Notes under the pieces: generated by a model
The model's database searches: none
What the model was told of the DNA's origin: nothing
Seen by the model: only the letters and a program-made list of their open reading frames with translations
Part shown: positions 49,076 to 59,428 of the stretch, one piece after another
How the letters are laid out: each line of letters begins with the position of its first letter
Numbering within the stretch: the first letter of the stretch is position 1
Program-made: the position numbers and the translations under genes
DNA from: Felis catus
Lineage: Eukaryota
NCBI RefSeq assembly: GCF_018350175.1
Contig: NC_058382.1
Span: 59,956,001 to 60,020,000 of the forward strand
Direction: 5' to 3'
DNA: 64,000 nt

Positions 49076-49841
49076 CTGCGCTGTCCAACGCGGTGGCCAC
49101 TGGCCGGTCGCGTGTGGCATTTGAAATTGAGTAATTAAAATTATGTGCAACTAAAATTCAATACGTCAATTGCCCTGACCACATTTCAAGTGCGCAATGG
49201 CCGTGAGTACCCAAGAGCTGCCACATAGGACCATGCAATTCTGGAACATTCCACTATCCCAGAAAGTGCTATGGGACAGCACAGTTCTAGAACATTTCAC
49301 CAGCACAGAATGTGCTATAGGACCAATGAAGCTCTGGAACATTCCACTATCCCAGAAAGTGCTATGGGACAGCACAGTTCTAGAACATTTCACCAGCACA
49401 GAATGTGCTATAGGACCAATGAAGCTCTGGAACATTCCACTATCCCAGAAAGTGCTATGGGACAGCACAGTTCTAGAACATTTCACCAGCACAGAATGTG
49501 CTATAGGACCAGTGAAGCTCTGGAACATTCCACCATCCCAGAAAGTGCTATGAGACAGCACAGTTCTAGAACATTTCGCCATCACAGAATGCGCTATAGG
49601 ACCAATGAAGCTCTGGAACATTCCATCATCCCAGAAAGTGCTATGGGACAGCACAGTTCTAGAACATTCCATCATCACAGAAAGTGCCATGGGATAGCCT
49701 AGTTCTAGAACATCTCATCACTGTAGTGTGTGCTATAGGACCAGGGCAGCTCTGGAACATTCCATCATCCCAGAAAGTACTGTAAGGCAGTATAGTTCTA
49801 GAACATTCCAACATCACAGACCGTGCAATTGGACAGGGCTG
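49076..49841 (-). mobile_element. MER3-like hAT-Charlie DNA transposon with tandemly amplified terminus
   Basis: Termini ctgcgctgtccaa ... ttggacagggctg. Internal ccacatttcaagtgc and AT-rich core match my recollection of the MER3 consensus. Confidence 0.75.
49241..49841. repeat. Minisatellite, 13 monomers of 46/47 bp with a 93-bp higher-order unit
   Basis: Monomer starts: 49241, 49287, 49334, 49380, 49427, 49473, 49520, 49566, 49613, 49659, 49705, 49752, 49798. Confidence 0.95.
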
Positions 49842-49989
49842 CTCTGGAGCATTTTCAATATCCCTTTCCTCCGACCCCTGCAGTTCCCCCCATACCTTTC
49901 CCAATCCGTCCCCTCCCCTCACCTCCAGAGGAGACCAGTCTCAGGGCTGCTAGGCTGAAGTTGCCACTGTGTGGTTTTGCATATACACC

Positions 49990-50420
49990 GTGGACGGCTG
50001 AATAATGTCCTCATGCTAAGCCCCGGGACCTGTGGTTACGTGACTTCACGTGGCAAAGGGACTTGGAGACGAGAGGGTAAGAGTCTGCATGATCCTGGTG
50101 GGCCCCGGGGACTCGCAAGGCCCTCGTAAGGGGGAGGGCCAAAGTCAGAGGGACGGCGTGGTGAAGGCTGGTGGCAGCGTCCAGCTTGGAAGGTGGAGGA
50201 GGGGCCACGAGCCAGGGGCCACGGGCACCTCCAGCGGTTGGGAAAGCCTGGAATCAGCTCCGTCCCGGAGCCTCCCGCAGGAACCTGCCCACACCCTGAC
50301 TGTAGCTCCGTGTGGCCGCGACCGACCTCTGCCCTCCAGACCGTGAGGCGACAAATGCACGTTGTCAGAAGCCACCGAGCCTGTGGTTTTGTGGCACCTC
50401 GTGCGGCAGCCACGGGACGC
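49990..50420 (+). mobile_element. MLT1 LTR remnant
   Basis: gctgaataatgtcctc...ttcacgtggcaaagggactt...aagccaccgagcctgtggttttgtggca. Confidence 0.65.
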
Positions 50421-51029
50421 TCCGCCCGCAGGCGAAAGTCCACCTCACTGAAGACTCAGGAGTGGTGACATCTTCCCGGGAGACAAGAAGTGTGTTGGGT
50501 CCAAACCAAACTTCAACTATCCTCTTCCCTCCCGGACCGTCCATCCGGAGCCGCCCCCCCATCCAGCTCTGTGCCCAGGCTGACGGCCCCACCTCATGCC
50601 GTCGCCTCTGCCTGGCACCTCCCGGGCGTCACGAGGGAAGAGCGTGTGGCAGGGAGTGTAGGACTGCTCTCTCTGGAGCGGGTGCCAGAACCTGGTGGAG
50701 CCCGAACCAGGCCGTAAACCGAGGCCCCGCGGCACGGAACTTCACGGGAAGCTCTGAGGTTGGGGGAAATGTCCATCTTTGCCAAAACAAACCACATCCG
50801 TGTCATAGCTTCCCTGTGATTTCAGATGCTATTTGTGGACCATAATCAGTCTATTTATTCTTTATCTCCCTAAAATGAATCACAGTTTACTGCCGCACCT
50901 CAGCAGACGGCCCAGCACGTGTCCGTCCGTCTGTGCGTCACCGCAGCTGCCAGCAATGGCATGTCGGAGGGTGCCGAGACTGGGCCGTCCGCACAGGTGC
51001 GTCCCCACCAGAGGGACATATCTGTGATG

Positions 51030-51425
51030 CTCCGGAAACACAAATACCATTATCGATCAGGAGGCTGCTAAAGGAACAGTCGATACGTGCTTTGAGATGA
51101 GCGGACGTTGCGGGCATCACGCTCAGTGAAGGAAGCCGGTCACAGAAGGACAGACACTGTAGGATTCCACTTATACTTTATTCCTGGAGCCGTCAAAATC
51201 CCAGGGACGGACGGATGCACGGATACCGGACCGGTGGCTGCCAGGGGCTGGGGGAGGGGGGAGTGTGTCCCAGGGGCAGAGCTCCAGTCTTGTAAGATGT
51301 ACAGATGGGGACGGGTGGTGGGGACGGCTGTACGACCTCGCGAAGGCACCGCACAGCACAGAGCTGTTCGCTTAAATGTGGGTAAGACGGTCACTTACGT
51401 AATTGTGTTTCAGTACAATTAAAAC
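51030..51425 (+). mobile_element. L1M 3' remnant
   Basis: catcacgctcagtgaaggaagccggtcacagaaggacagacactgtaggattccacttata. Confidence 0.7.
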
Positions 51426-51449
51426 CCAAAACCCCACAGGGAGAAACCG

Positions 51450-51698
51450 TTACATACCTTCCAGAACGGCCGTGAGGCGGCAGCGGGCGCTGAACAGCCA
51501 CCTTGGACAGCCCTTGCTCTGAAGGTGGAGGCGGGGCTGCGGGCCGAGGAAGACGGGCAGCTTCCGGGAGGCGGGCCAGGCCCGCCCGCGCCTGGGATGT
51601 GGGCTTCTCGCCTCCAGAACTGAGGGGCTACACATGTCTGTTGTTCTAGCCCCTCCGGTTTGTGGTCATTTGCCGCAGCAGCCCCAGGACACTGACAC
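51450..51698 (+). mobile_element. MLT1 LTR 3' remnant
   Basis: gcctccagaactgag...tctgttgttctagcccc..ggtttgtggtcatttgccgcagcagccccaggacactgacaca. Confidence 0.65.
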
Positions 51699-52089
51699 AA
51701 CCCAGGAATCCGGAGGTGGGAAAGACGCATGTGGGGCCCAGTCTCTGCGTCGCCCGGGAAGCACGGGGTGGCCATGAGTGAGGAGAAGCAGAGAGAAGAA
51801 AGCACAGACCGCCAGGGGCTGGGCGGGTGACCTCAGTTAGTGGGTGCTTGCTCAGGCGCTGCCGCGGGGCCCCAAGATACCCCGTGTCCCAGATTTCCAT
51901 TCCTCGCCATGCTTAAGTTTCTTTGAAGTGATTTCTTTTCCTTGCAACTGAAAAGTCCATTGACTGAGACAATGATCTCTTTCTCTCTTTTTAACGTCAG
52001 AGGTTAGGTCTGATCAGACTGTGAAGCTTGGGACACAGAACTTCCTCTTTTAAAAGTCAGTTCTACCCGCCGACTCGGATATAATGCAT

Positions 52090-52233
52090 TTAGAATCTCA
52101 TGCCCTCTTCCATAGGCCGGAAGGATGAACGGACCTTCCGGTTCATCAGGGCTTGAAGCGGACGGTAGTTGTTCACCATGGCCTTCTCTTCCTCACCAGG
52201 CGCAGAAAACAGGAGCGTGCGAAAGGCGGCCAG
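52090..52233 (-). CDS. CA5A: CA5A exon 7 coding part ([47 protein letters not shown])
   Basis: NNYRPLQ motif; acceptor ccgttccag; TAA at 52092-52090; 144 nt. Confidence 0.95.
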   Translation of the reverse strand: MAAFRTLLFSAPGEEEKAMVNNYRPLQALMNRKVRSSFRPMEEGMRF

Positions 52234-52289
52234 CTGGAACGGACGGCAAGCAGAGTGAGCTGGGTGCAGGTACAGCGGGAACCAGCTCC

Positions 52290-52750
52290 CGAGCGTCCCT
52301 CCTGCCTTGCACAGCCGCCCCACACACACCGAATCCGGGTGGCCCCGCGTGACCAACACGAGGCGGCAGAGGTGACTCCCAAGCTGGCTCAGAAGACGCA
52401 CTGCAGCTTCTATCTTGCTCTCTCGCGTCCCTTGCTCTGGAGAAGCCGGCCGCCATGTTGTGAGGACACCCAACCAGCCCCCCCGGGAGGGGAGCCGAGG
52501 CACCCCCCCACCCCACCAGCCAACAGACAGCACCACCTTGCCAGCCACGTGAGGGAGCCACTTTCCAGTCCCACTGAAGCTTTCAGACGACGGCAGCCCC
52601 CCACGGCATCTGACGACAACGCCACGGGCGAGCCCAAGCCGGAACCCCGCACGTCCTGACCCACGGCAACTCGGAGAGGTAATCGTGGTTATAGTTTCCC
52701 TGAGTCGCCACCTTTTGGGGCAGTTACACAGCAACAGATACGCGGGTACA
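52290..52750 (+). mobile_element. MLT1 LTR remnant, CA5A intron 6
   Basis: gccatgttgtgagga...cttgccagccacgtgagggagcca...ttttggggcagttacacagcaacagata. Confidence 0.65.
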
Positions 52751-53759
52751 CATAGGCGAATAGGTCCACATGCTCACAAACATACTAGATGTACTAATCC
52801 ATACGACATAACTGCTAAAGTAACGTTAGAGTCATTTCTCTCTTAGGGAGCTAAACGTCCATTTCTTTATCATCTCGTTTGTTCTGAGTATACTCAGGGG
52901 CTCGGTGAGAATCACTCGCGTGTCCAGTTACAAGCGGGGCTGGGACGGCGTATTGAGCAGGCTCGATCTGGACGGCCGGCTGGTGACCTCCCCCTGCAAC
53001 CCCCCGCCCTGGTGCGAGGGGCGCGGAGCCCACGGGCTCAGGCGCTCAGGCACAGTGCGCCCATCCGGGGCACGCCCGCTGGCTCTCCCAGACACACTGT
53101 GTTCCTCCTCCCCTCCAGCTGGCGACCTCCTGCCACCGTCCAGGGGGTACACGCTCCTCCCCGCCGGGTCCCCTGGTCAGGGTGAGGGGCTTCTCATCCC
53201 GCGTTGGTGTGTGACATTCCCCGCCCGGTCTTACAACACGATCGTGTTTCTACTCCCCCCAGACAGCAGTGTGCAGGCACTGTCCTCATTGTCCCACCCT
53301 CTCCGGCTACAGTCCCTGAGTGACAGAAGGGGTCTTGGTGACGCGGGGCCATCTTGTGACCAGGGTCCTCCTTGTGTCTCTGACGGTTCTGGTTTGGGAG
53401 AAGAGTGGATGCTTCCGCTTCCCACGGCAAACGGCGTCCTTCCAGGACTTTCGTGTGAGACGACAGTCAGAGAATCGCAAGGCCGGAGCCTCAGAAAGAG
53501 TGTGCGTGACTGGCGAGGCGGGGCGGGGGCCGGGGCAGCGAGCTCGCTGCGGGTCTGTTGTCCCCAGACTCTGGGTGGCCCGACACAGACAGCCTGTCTC
53601 CACACTCGTGAGATTTCCAGAGGAAAAAACACTCTGCTTTTTAAAAGGGAAGCAGGTAATATCTATCTACTTACTTTGGGGGGGGGGGGGGAAGAACGCT
53701 GAGAAAGGAAGAGGAAGAAAGTGAACGCGCTGCAGAAATGCTGGGGCAGCCAGTATTAA

Positions 53760-54161
53760 CTGTGTGGGTGGATCTGTGGGAGACCGGACACTGTTCTGGG
53801 CGCTCACTCACCTCCTCCCTGCCCTGCCCGCTTCAGCCTTGCCCGCTGGGACCCACTGTGGCCGACGGGACACGAGCAGACGCCATGCCCGCAGGCGCCT
53901 CAGTTGGCCCCGGTCGTGTGCTTGTCTTCTGTGTGTCTGTCCGGACCATGGAGACCGGCTCTGGGGAGCCACTGGCCCAGGGAGCACGAGACACACTGGG
54001 CCCGACCCAGACCCCAACCACCCTGCCATCCACAGCCTAAGACAGAGTCTCCCCGGCCAACCCACCACCTGCACGCAGGAAAAGTAAATGCTTGTTTTGA
54101 GCCATTGAGTTTTGGGGCGCTTTGTTATGCAGCATTATTGTAGCAATAGCTGACTGATGTA
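53760..54161 (+). mobile_element. MLT1 LTR remnant
   Basis: 3' end aaatgcttgttttgagccattgagttttgggg...ttgttatgcagcattattgtagcaatagctgactgat. Confidence 0.6.
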
Positions 54162-54725
54162 GTCCTTCCGGAATTTTCTCCCAGCGTATATAAAGTCTTT
54201 AGGTGAGAGAAAGTTCTGCAGTCTCCACTGTTTACTCTTCTGACATCCAAGGGAGCAGGATGAACCCTAAAATCTTCTCCTCTCCTTCAAGGACCCCTCT
54301 TCTTGAACGGCTTTGCAAAATTCATCGATGACATTCCTTTCTTGGTTAATGTGTTCACCCGAAAATACCTACTGAGGTCCCATTAGGGGCGAGGACCCAG
54401 GTCCCGATTACAATGTCACTTCTGTTCCTGTAAAGTGACTTTAGCCCGAGAGACTGAACAGCAAGCCTTGAGCCGACTCAACCATTCGTCATCACGGATA
54501 TTCTCCACGTCCGAATTCGAGACCGCTAGAGATCAGGTAGAGCCAAAAAGCGTTTCCTTATGTGTAGTCCCTCCTTCTCTCTCCCTGCCTCTCGATCTCC
54601 ACCCCGTCTCTCTCCCACACTATTATCTCGGGCTCAGAAGAACGGAACCCCTGTTCAATCTAAACTGGCTTCTGTTTCAGTCAGAGAATTCTTCTTGTGG
54701 GAGAATATCCAAAACACATCAGAGA

Positions 54726-54910
54726 GGGACGCCTGGGGGGCTCAGTCAGCTCAGGTCATGATCTCGCGGTTCATGGGTTCGAGCCCCGCGTCGGGCTCTG
54801 TGCTGACGGCTTGGAGCCTGGGGCTGCTTTGGATTCTGTGTCTCCCTCTCTCCCTGCCCCTCCCCTGCTCACGCTCTGTCTCTCTCTGTCTCTCTGTCAA
54901 AAATAAACAT

Positions 54911-54953
<43 letters not shown>
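54726..54953 (+). mobile_element. Can-SINE with internal head deletion and (AC)20 tail, CA5A intron 6
   Basis: Head ctcagtc joined directly to agctcaggtc; (CT)n tract; AC repeat at 54913-54952. Confidence 0.93.
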
Positions 54954-54954
<1 letters not shown>

Positions 54955-55060
54955 CAGAGAATAAAACCCACGACACTCACTCACAGCATCTTGGGGACAC
55001 AGAGCGAGAGGGGTGGGTTCGTTCAGTGCCTCCTGCTATGCTGGGTCAGGCACAACTCAC

Positions 55061-55216
55061 CTGGTTCCGAGCCACTTGGACGGGCTCCTTCAAGATGATC
55101 CAGGTGACCGACTCGGTTAGCGGAGGGGTGGTGAGGGACCCCGGGTAGGTCCAGTAATCCCGGCAGGCGGGCAGCAGACAGGACGGCTGGAAGGGGCCCA
55201 TGGCCACCTGCGCCCC
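55061..55216 (-). CDS. CA5A: CA5A exon 6 ([52 protein letters not shown])
   Basis: YWTYxGSLTTPPxxESVTW catalytic signature; acceptor ggtcccccag; donor AG|GTGAGT; 156 nt. Confidence 0.96.
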
Positions 55217-55469
55217 CTGGGGGACCAGACCACAGGGGCGTCAGGTCTCAGACTGAGACGGGGGGCGTGCAGGAAGGAAGGGGATGGCACCCCATCTTTA
55301 CCCAAGTTTGTTCCCAGGATAAAGACGGGAGTCGGGGTGTGGTGGTCACGTTTGGGAGCAGTAACAAGAAAACGTGACCGTCCTGTGCAGAGCAGGGACC
55401 CCCGCCCGATGCTTACACTTTTCCTTTAAAGTTACTCAGTTTTGTACAGCTTGGCTGTGAAGAAAACAT

Positions 55470-56095
55470 TACATTTTTAAAAACTGTGGCAAAGCCACGT
55501 ACATAACCTGAAAGTCGCCACCCTAACCACTTCTGAGTGTCCCTTTCCGTGGCGCTAACTACAGTCACATGGCACCCCCCCCCCAACCGTCTCTGGGACC
55601 TCTCCATCTTCCCAAACAAACCGCGGCCCGTCACACGCCAGCTCGCCCCCCTCTCCCTGCCCCTGCCCCCCCCACCTCTTTCTGTCTCGGGGAACTGACG
55701 CCTCGTGTCAGGAGGACCCCACCGCGACTGTCCCACGTGACAGCCGGTTTCACGGAGCACAGGGTCCTCCGGGGTTGCCCACGTTGTAGCAGGTGTGAGG
55801 ACCCCCTCCCTTTTCAGGCGGAGGAACATTCCACTGTGTGCACGGCCCACGCTCTGCTTACCCGTTCGCCCCCCTAAATGGACACCCGAGTTGCTTCCGC
55901 CCCTCGGCTCCCGTGAGAAGTGCTGCTGAGAACACGGGTGTGCCGACGCCTCTTCCAGACCTTGCTTTGCACTTATTTGGGGGTAAGTAGCCAGAAGCGG
56001 AGACACTGGATCCCACGCCAATTCCCCATTTAATTGCTTGAGGAACCGCCAGGCTGTTTCCCGTAGTGGCTGCACCCCGTAGTGGCTGCACCAGA
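55470..56095 (-). mobile_element. L1M 3' remnant
   Basis: gaacattccactgtgtg...ggacacccgagttgcttcc...catttaattgcttgaggaaccgccaggctgtttcccgtagtggctgcacc. Confidence 0.75.
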
Positions 56096-56970
56096 AAATA
56101 CTACCCTTCTGGGACACCCGGTCTTCCCCTTGAGGCAGCGTCCCCTGACCCTCACGCCAGGACCCTCCTTCTCCGGACAGCTGTCCTCGACCACCGTGCG
56201 CCGAGCTCCCTGTGCGGCAGCCCGAGGGGATGCTGTCGGCACGTCCCCGGCTCGGGAGTCTCTGTTCAGAACTCACGCTCCCCCACCTCCCAGCTGGAAT
56301 GAGCAAGCAAGAAACAAAATCAGGAACGAGGTGGGGGCAGGGAGCCCGCAGACAGGGACCCCCCTGCTTCTGCCCAGGGCTGGGCCCCCTGAAGAAATCC
56401 ACCAGCAGGGGCGGGAGGACCGAGGCTGTGGTCCGGATGCCGCTCGGCACAGCGTCTGGAGCAGGTGCGAAGGAGAACCTCTCGGTTCCCCAGCCAGAGG
56501 CCCTCGAGCAGGCTGTCGCTCGGTGAAGATAGGATATCTCGGGGTCCCTGGGCTTCGCAGGCCGAGTACAGAGCCCCCACCCTGCTCTGCAGAGGCGGGG
56601 CAGGCCCGGGGGCAGCGCAGCACTGACCGGCACCCAGTGTGCCCAGCTCTGCTGCGGTCCCCGCTCCGGGCCGGCTCTGCGGGAGGGTCTCCCGGCACGG
56701 GGAGGACACACGCTCGGCCTCGGGGGAAGGAGACCTCCCTGCTCGTCCAGACCCCGCCACCCAGCTGTCAGACACAGGTGCTTGGGGCCCAGGCGGCCCG
56801 GCTGTACCCTAACCGCAGCCCCCCCCAGTCAGACACGGAGCCCTTAGGCAAGATGTCGGAGGCGAGGACGGGAGCTGCTTCACCCCTGCCGTCGGCTAGC
56901 ACCGCCCGGCTGTGCTGGCTGTGCACTGTGCGAGCAGCAGTCTAGTTAACGCGTAAGGAACAGCAGGAGC

Positions 56971-57149
56971 GGGGCACCTGGGGGGCTCCGTGGGGTCAGC
57001 ATCAGACTCTTGATTTCGGTTCACGTCACAGTCTCACGGTTCGTGAGTGCGAGCCCTCGGTCGGGCTCTGCGCTGACGGGGTGGAGCCTGCTTGGGGTTC
57101 TCTCTCCCCGCCTCTCTCAAAATAAATAGATAAAACTTAAAAAAAGAAA
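56971..57149 (+). mobile_element. Can-SINE (older subfamily)
   Basis: ggggcacctggggggctc...gactcttgatttcgg...ctctcaaaataaatagataaaacttaaaaaaa. Confidence 0.88.
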
Positions 57150-57470
57150 GTGGATTTGAAATACAGTTCACAGAGCCCGGAACCCACACGTTTACAGCTC
57201 CCAGGGCTCTGGCGTTCCGTATATTCACGATCGTGACCTGCGGCCATTACTGGTCAGCTTTAGAACATTCTCCGCACCTCAGAAAGGACCCCAGGAAACC
57301 AAGAGCCCCAGTAGATGCTCTTTAGCGATCACGCACCCTAAACTCCCCTCACCCCCCGCCACAAATCTGCCTTCTGTCTCCACGGATTTGCCTGTTCTGG
57401 ACGTTTCCTACAAAGAATCCTATTCTGTGTCGCCTTTGTGACCAGGTTCCCGCTCAGCGTTGTGTCCTCA
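57150..57470 (-). mobile_element. L1M 3' remnant
   Basis: tttagaacattctcc...aatctgccttctgtctccacggatttgcctgttctggacgtttccta. Confidence 0.65.
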
Positions 57471-59124
57471 AGACCTGAGGCGCCCAAGGGTGCTGACGGG
57501 CCGGACACCTGCCGAGGCTGTTACCGCCAAGTTTCAGAACCACCTGTGAGAGCTCCTGCTCCCTCACCGAAGAAGAAAGTAAGACAGTTGGAACTGACTT
57601 TCCCAAAGCCACGTAAAGAGTGGCAGAACCCAGACGCTGCAGCAAGTCTGTCCCACCCCGGGAGTGGGGGGCAGGGGGCCGCGGCTCGTGCACCCACCGC
57701 TGTTCCTTGCTAATTGAAACTTCAGGAGGACCCATGACCGTGCATGTGTCAAAGCCCAAAGGGTGCACGCCACAGAGGTGCAGATGTAAAGAGTGGCTCC
57801 AGACGTTGGTGGCCCCCAGCGTGGGCTGCAGGCGGGGCCACGGAGTCTGGCGGGGTTACCCTCACTGCTCCACGAGACACACACTCCCGCTCTACAGGCT
57901 TTTTGTCCCCTAGACCCTCACTCTTATTTCCCAGGGGAGGAACCAAAGCCCAGGGGGAGGGGGAGGCCCCTGCTGACGCCACGTCTCCCGTGAGACTTGC
58001 CCACCAGGCGCCGGGTCGGCCCGCGGGGAGACGCGCTCCAGGGCTTCTGTGGAAGGGAACAGACCCCGGCATAAACAGCACCTCCCAGCCAGGTCCTCTC
58101 TTTCCCACCAAGAGGTGGAGGCCACGCCGTGTGGGAGGGGGGCGTGCACGCGGAAGACCTCCTGGGTTTACTCTGGCTGCAGACCAGCGGGAAAGACGAT
58201 GCTCCCAGCACCTTGACCTTGCGGAGTTCCTGAGCTGCAGGATGAGGCAGCGGGGGGTGATCTGGTCTTGGCCCCGGGAGGCCGGCCCAGAGGTCAACAT
58301 CAAGGGGGAGCGCACAGACCCCGTGAACCCGGCGAGGAAGGGCTGGCCCCCAGCTTTCATCTGGAGCCGCTCTTGTCATTGTTACCACGGGTCGGAGCCC
58401 ATCCGTCCAGGGACCACCGTGACTCCTCGGGTCGCGGAATTCTTTTGTTTGGTACCTGAACAAATAAACTACATTTCTTTGGAATTTCCACCCCTCCATC
58501 AAAGTCCTTTCACAGCTGTTGTTGGAGAAAAGCTGCAATGTTGCCATTGTCTTTTGAGCTTTAGTGCAGCAAGGTGCACGCAGGGAGCCGGGGGGGCCGA
58601 GCGGGCGAGCTGGCGAGACTCCCCCCGGTCCCCCGGCGTCCCCGTTCTGCTGGGATGGGGTGGTGCTAAGTTTCCCCCCAGGAGTGTGCCGGGTGGCCCG
58701 CGAATGGACGCTCTTAAATGTGAGCGGTTAGGCATTTATTTCAGTCGGTTTAAAACAAATGTTATCCCTGGTAGATGCCATTGCCTGGGACAAGGCTAAA
58801 GATTTTTTAAAAACGACAGTGTAAGGAAAAATACTAAGTAACAAGTAGTGCCCGTGGCAGGCGAACGTGGCAAAACCCTGAATTTTGGGAAGCTCGGATG
58901 GGAGTCCGGCACGCCCGTGGTACGGAGGAGGGAGGGGCCCACGGGGAGCAGGGCCCCGTGGACGCGGGCATCAGCCCCAGCGAGTCCCATTCCCAGAAGT
59001 GGACTCAGACCTCCCCCAGCCCCGCCACCCCCTTCGGCCAAAGTGGCCTTTAATTCCTGCAAACGATCGTTAATTAAGCCAATTCGGTTCTCTGGAGCTG
59101 CTGGTTTCAGGCTGCGTGGCCTAC

Positions 59125-59187
59125 CTTATGCTTGACTGCTGGCAAGACTTCCACCAACTTCTGCAGTGGCTCACGGTGGGCTCCCAG
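59125..59187 (-). CDS. CA5A: CA5A exon 5 ([21 protein letters not shown])
   Basis: Acceptor gccctgcag; donor AG|GTAGG; 63 nt, in frame. Confidence 0.94.
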
Positions 59188-59332
59188 CTGCAGGGCGCAG
59201 ACGAGAAAGGCTCCTTTGAAGAGGCAGCAGGCGGGAGGGGGGCCACACCGCACTCTCCACGGACGGGGTTTCAAAGGCAGCTCCCGGCCACCGCGCACCC
59301 GCCCCGCCAGGGGAGCCGCGCCCCAGCATTAC

Positions 59333-59428
59333 CTGTAGGAACACGCCTATCACGGCCAGGCCGCTCTCCCCCAGCACAGCTTCTTTGTAACTTCGGTATT
59401 TCGCAGCATTCCAGTGAACCAGGTGCAG
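59333..59428 (-). CDS. CA5A: CA5A exon 4 ([32 protein letters not shown])
   Basis: Third zinc His in (E)LHLVHWN; acceptor gggtttcag; donor AG|GTAATG; 96 nt. Confidence 0.96.

Noticed and set aside
49166..49702. Repetitive ORFs (31-aa unit) and CRISPR-like periodicity
   Set aside because: By-product of a 93-bp unit divisible by three. No unique spacers or cas genes, and the context is mammalian.
50850..52089. CA5A poly(A) site
   Set aside because: No convincing signal near the stop. The nearest minus-strand AATAAA (~51177, ~50854) lie in or beside repeat remnants, so the 3' end was not called.
55413..56711. 432-aa minus-strand ORF with faint L1 ORF2-like words
   Set aside because: Runs through a decayed L1 3' remnant and GC-rich intron; not an intact retrotransposon gene.
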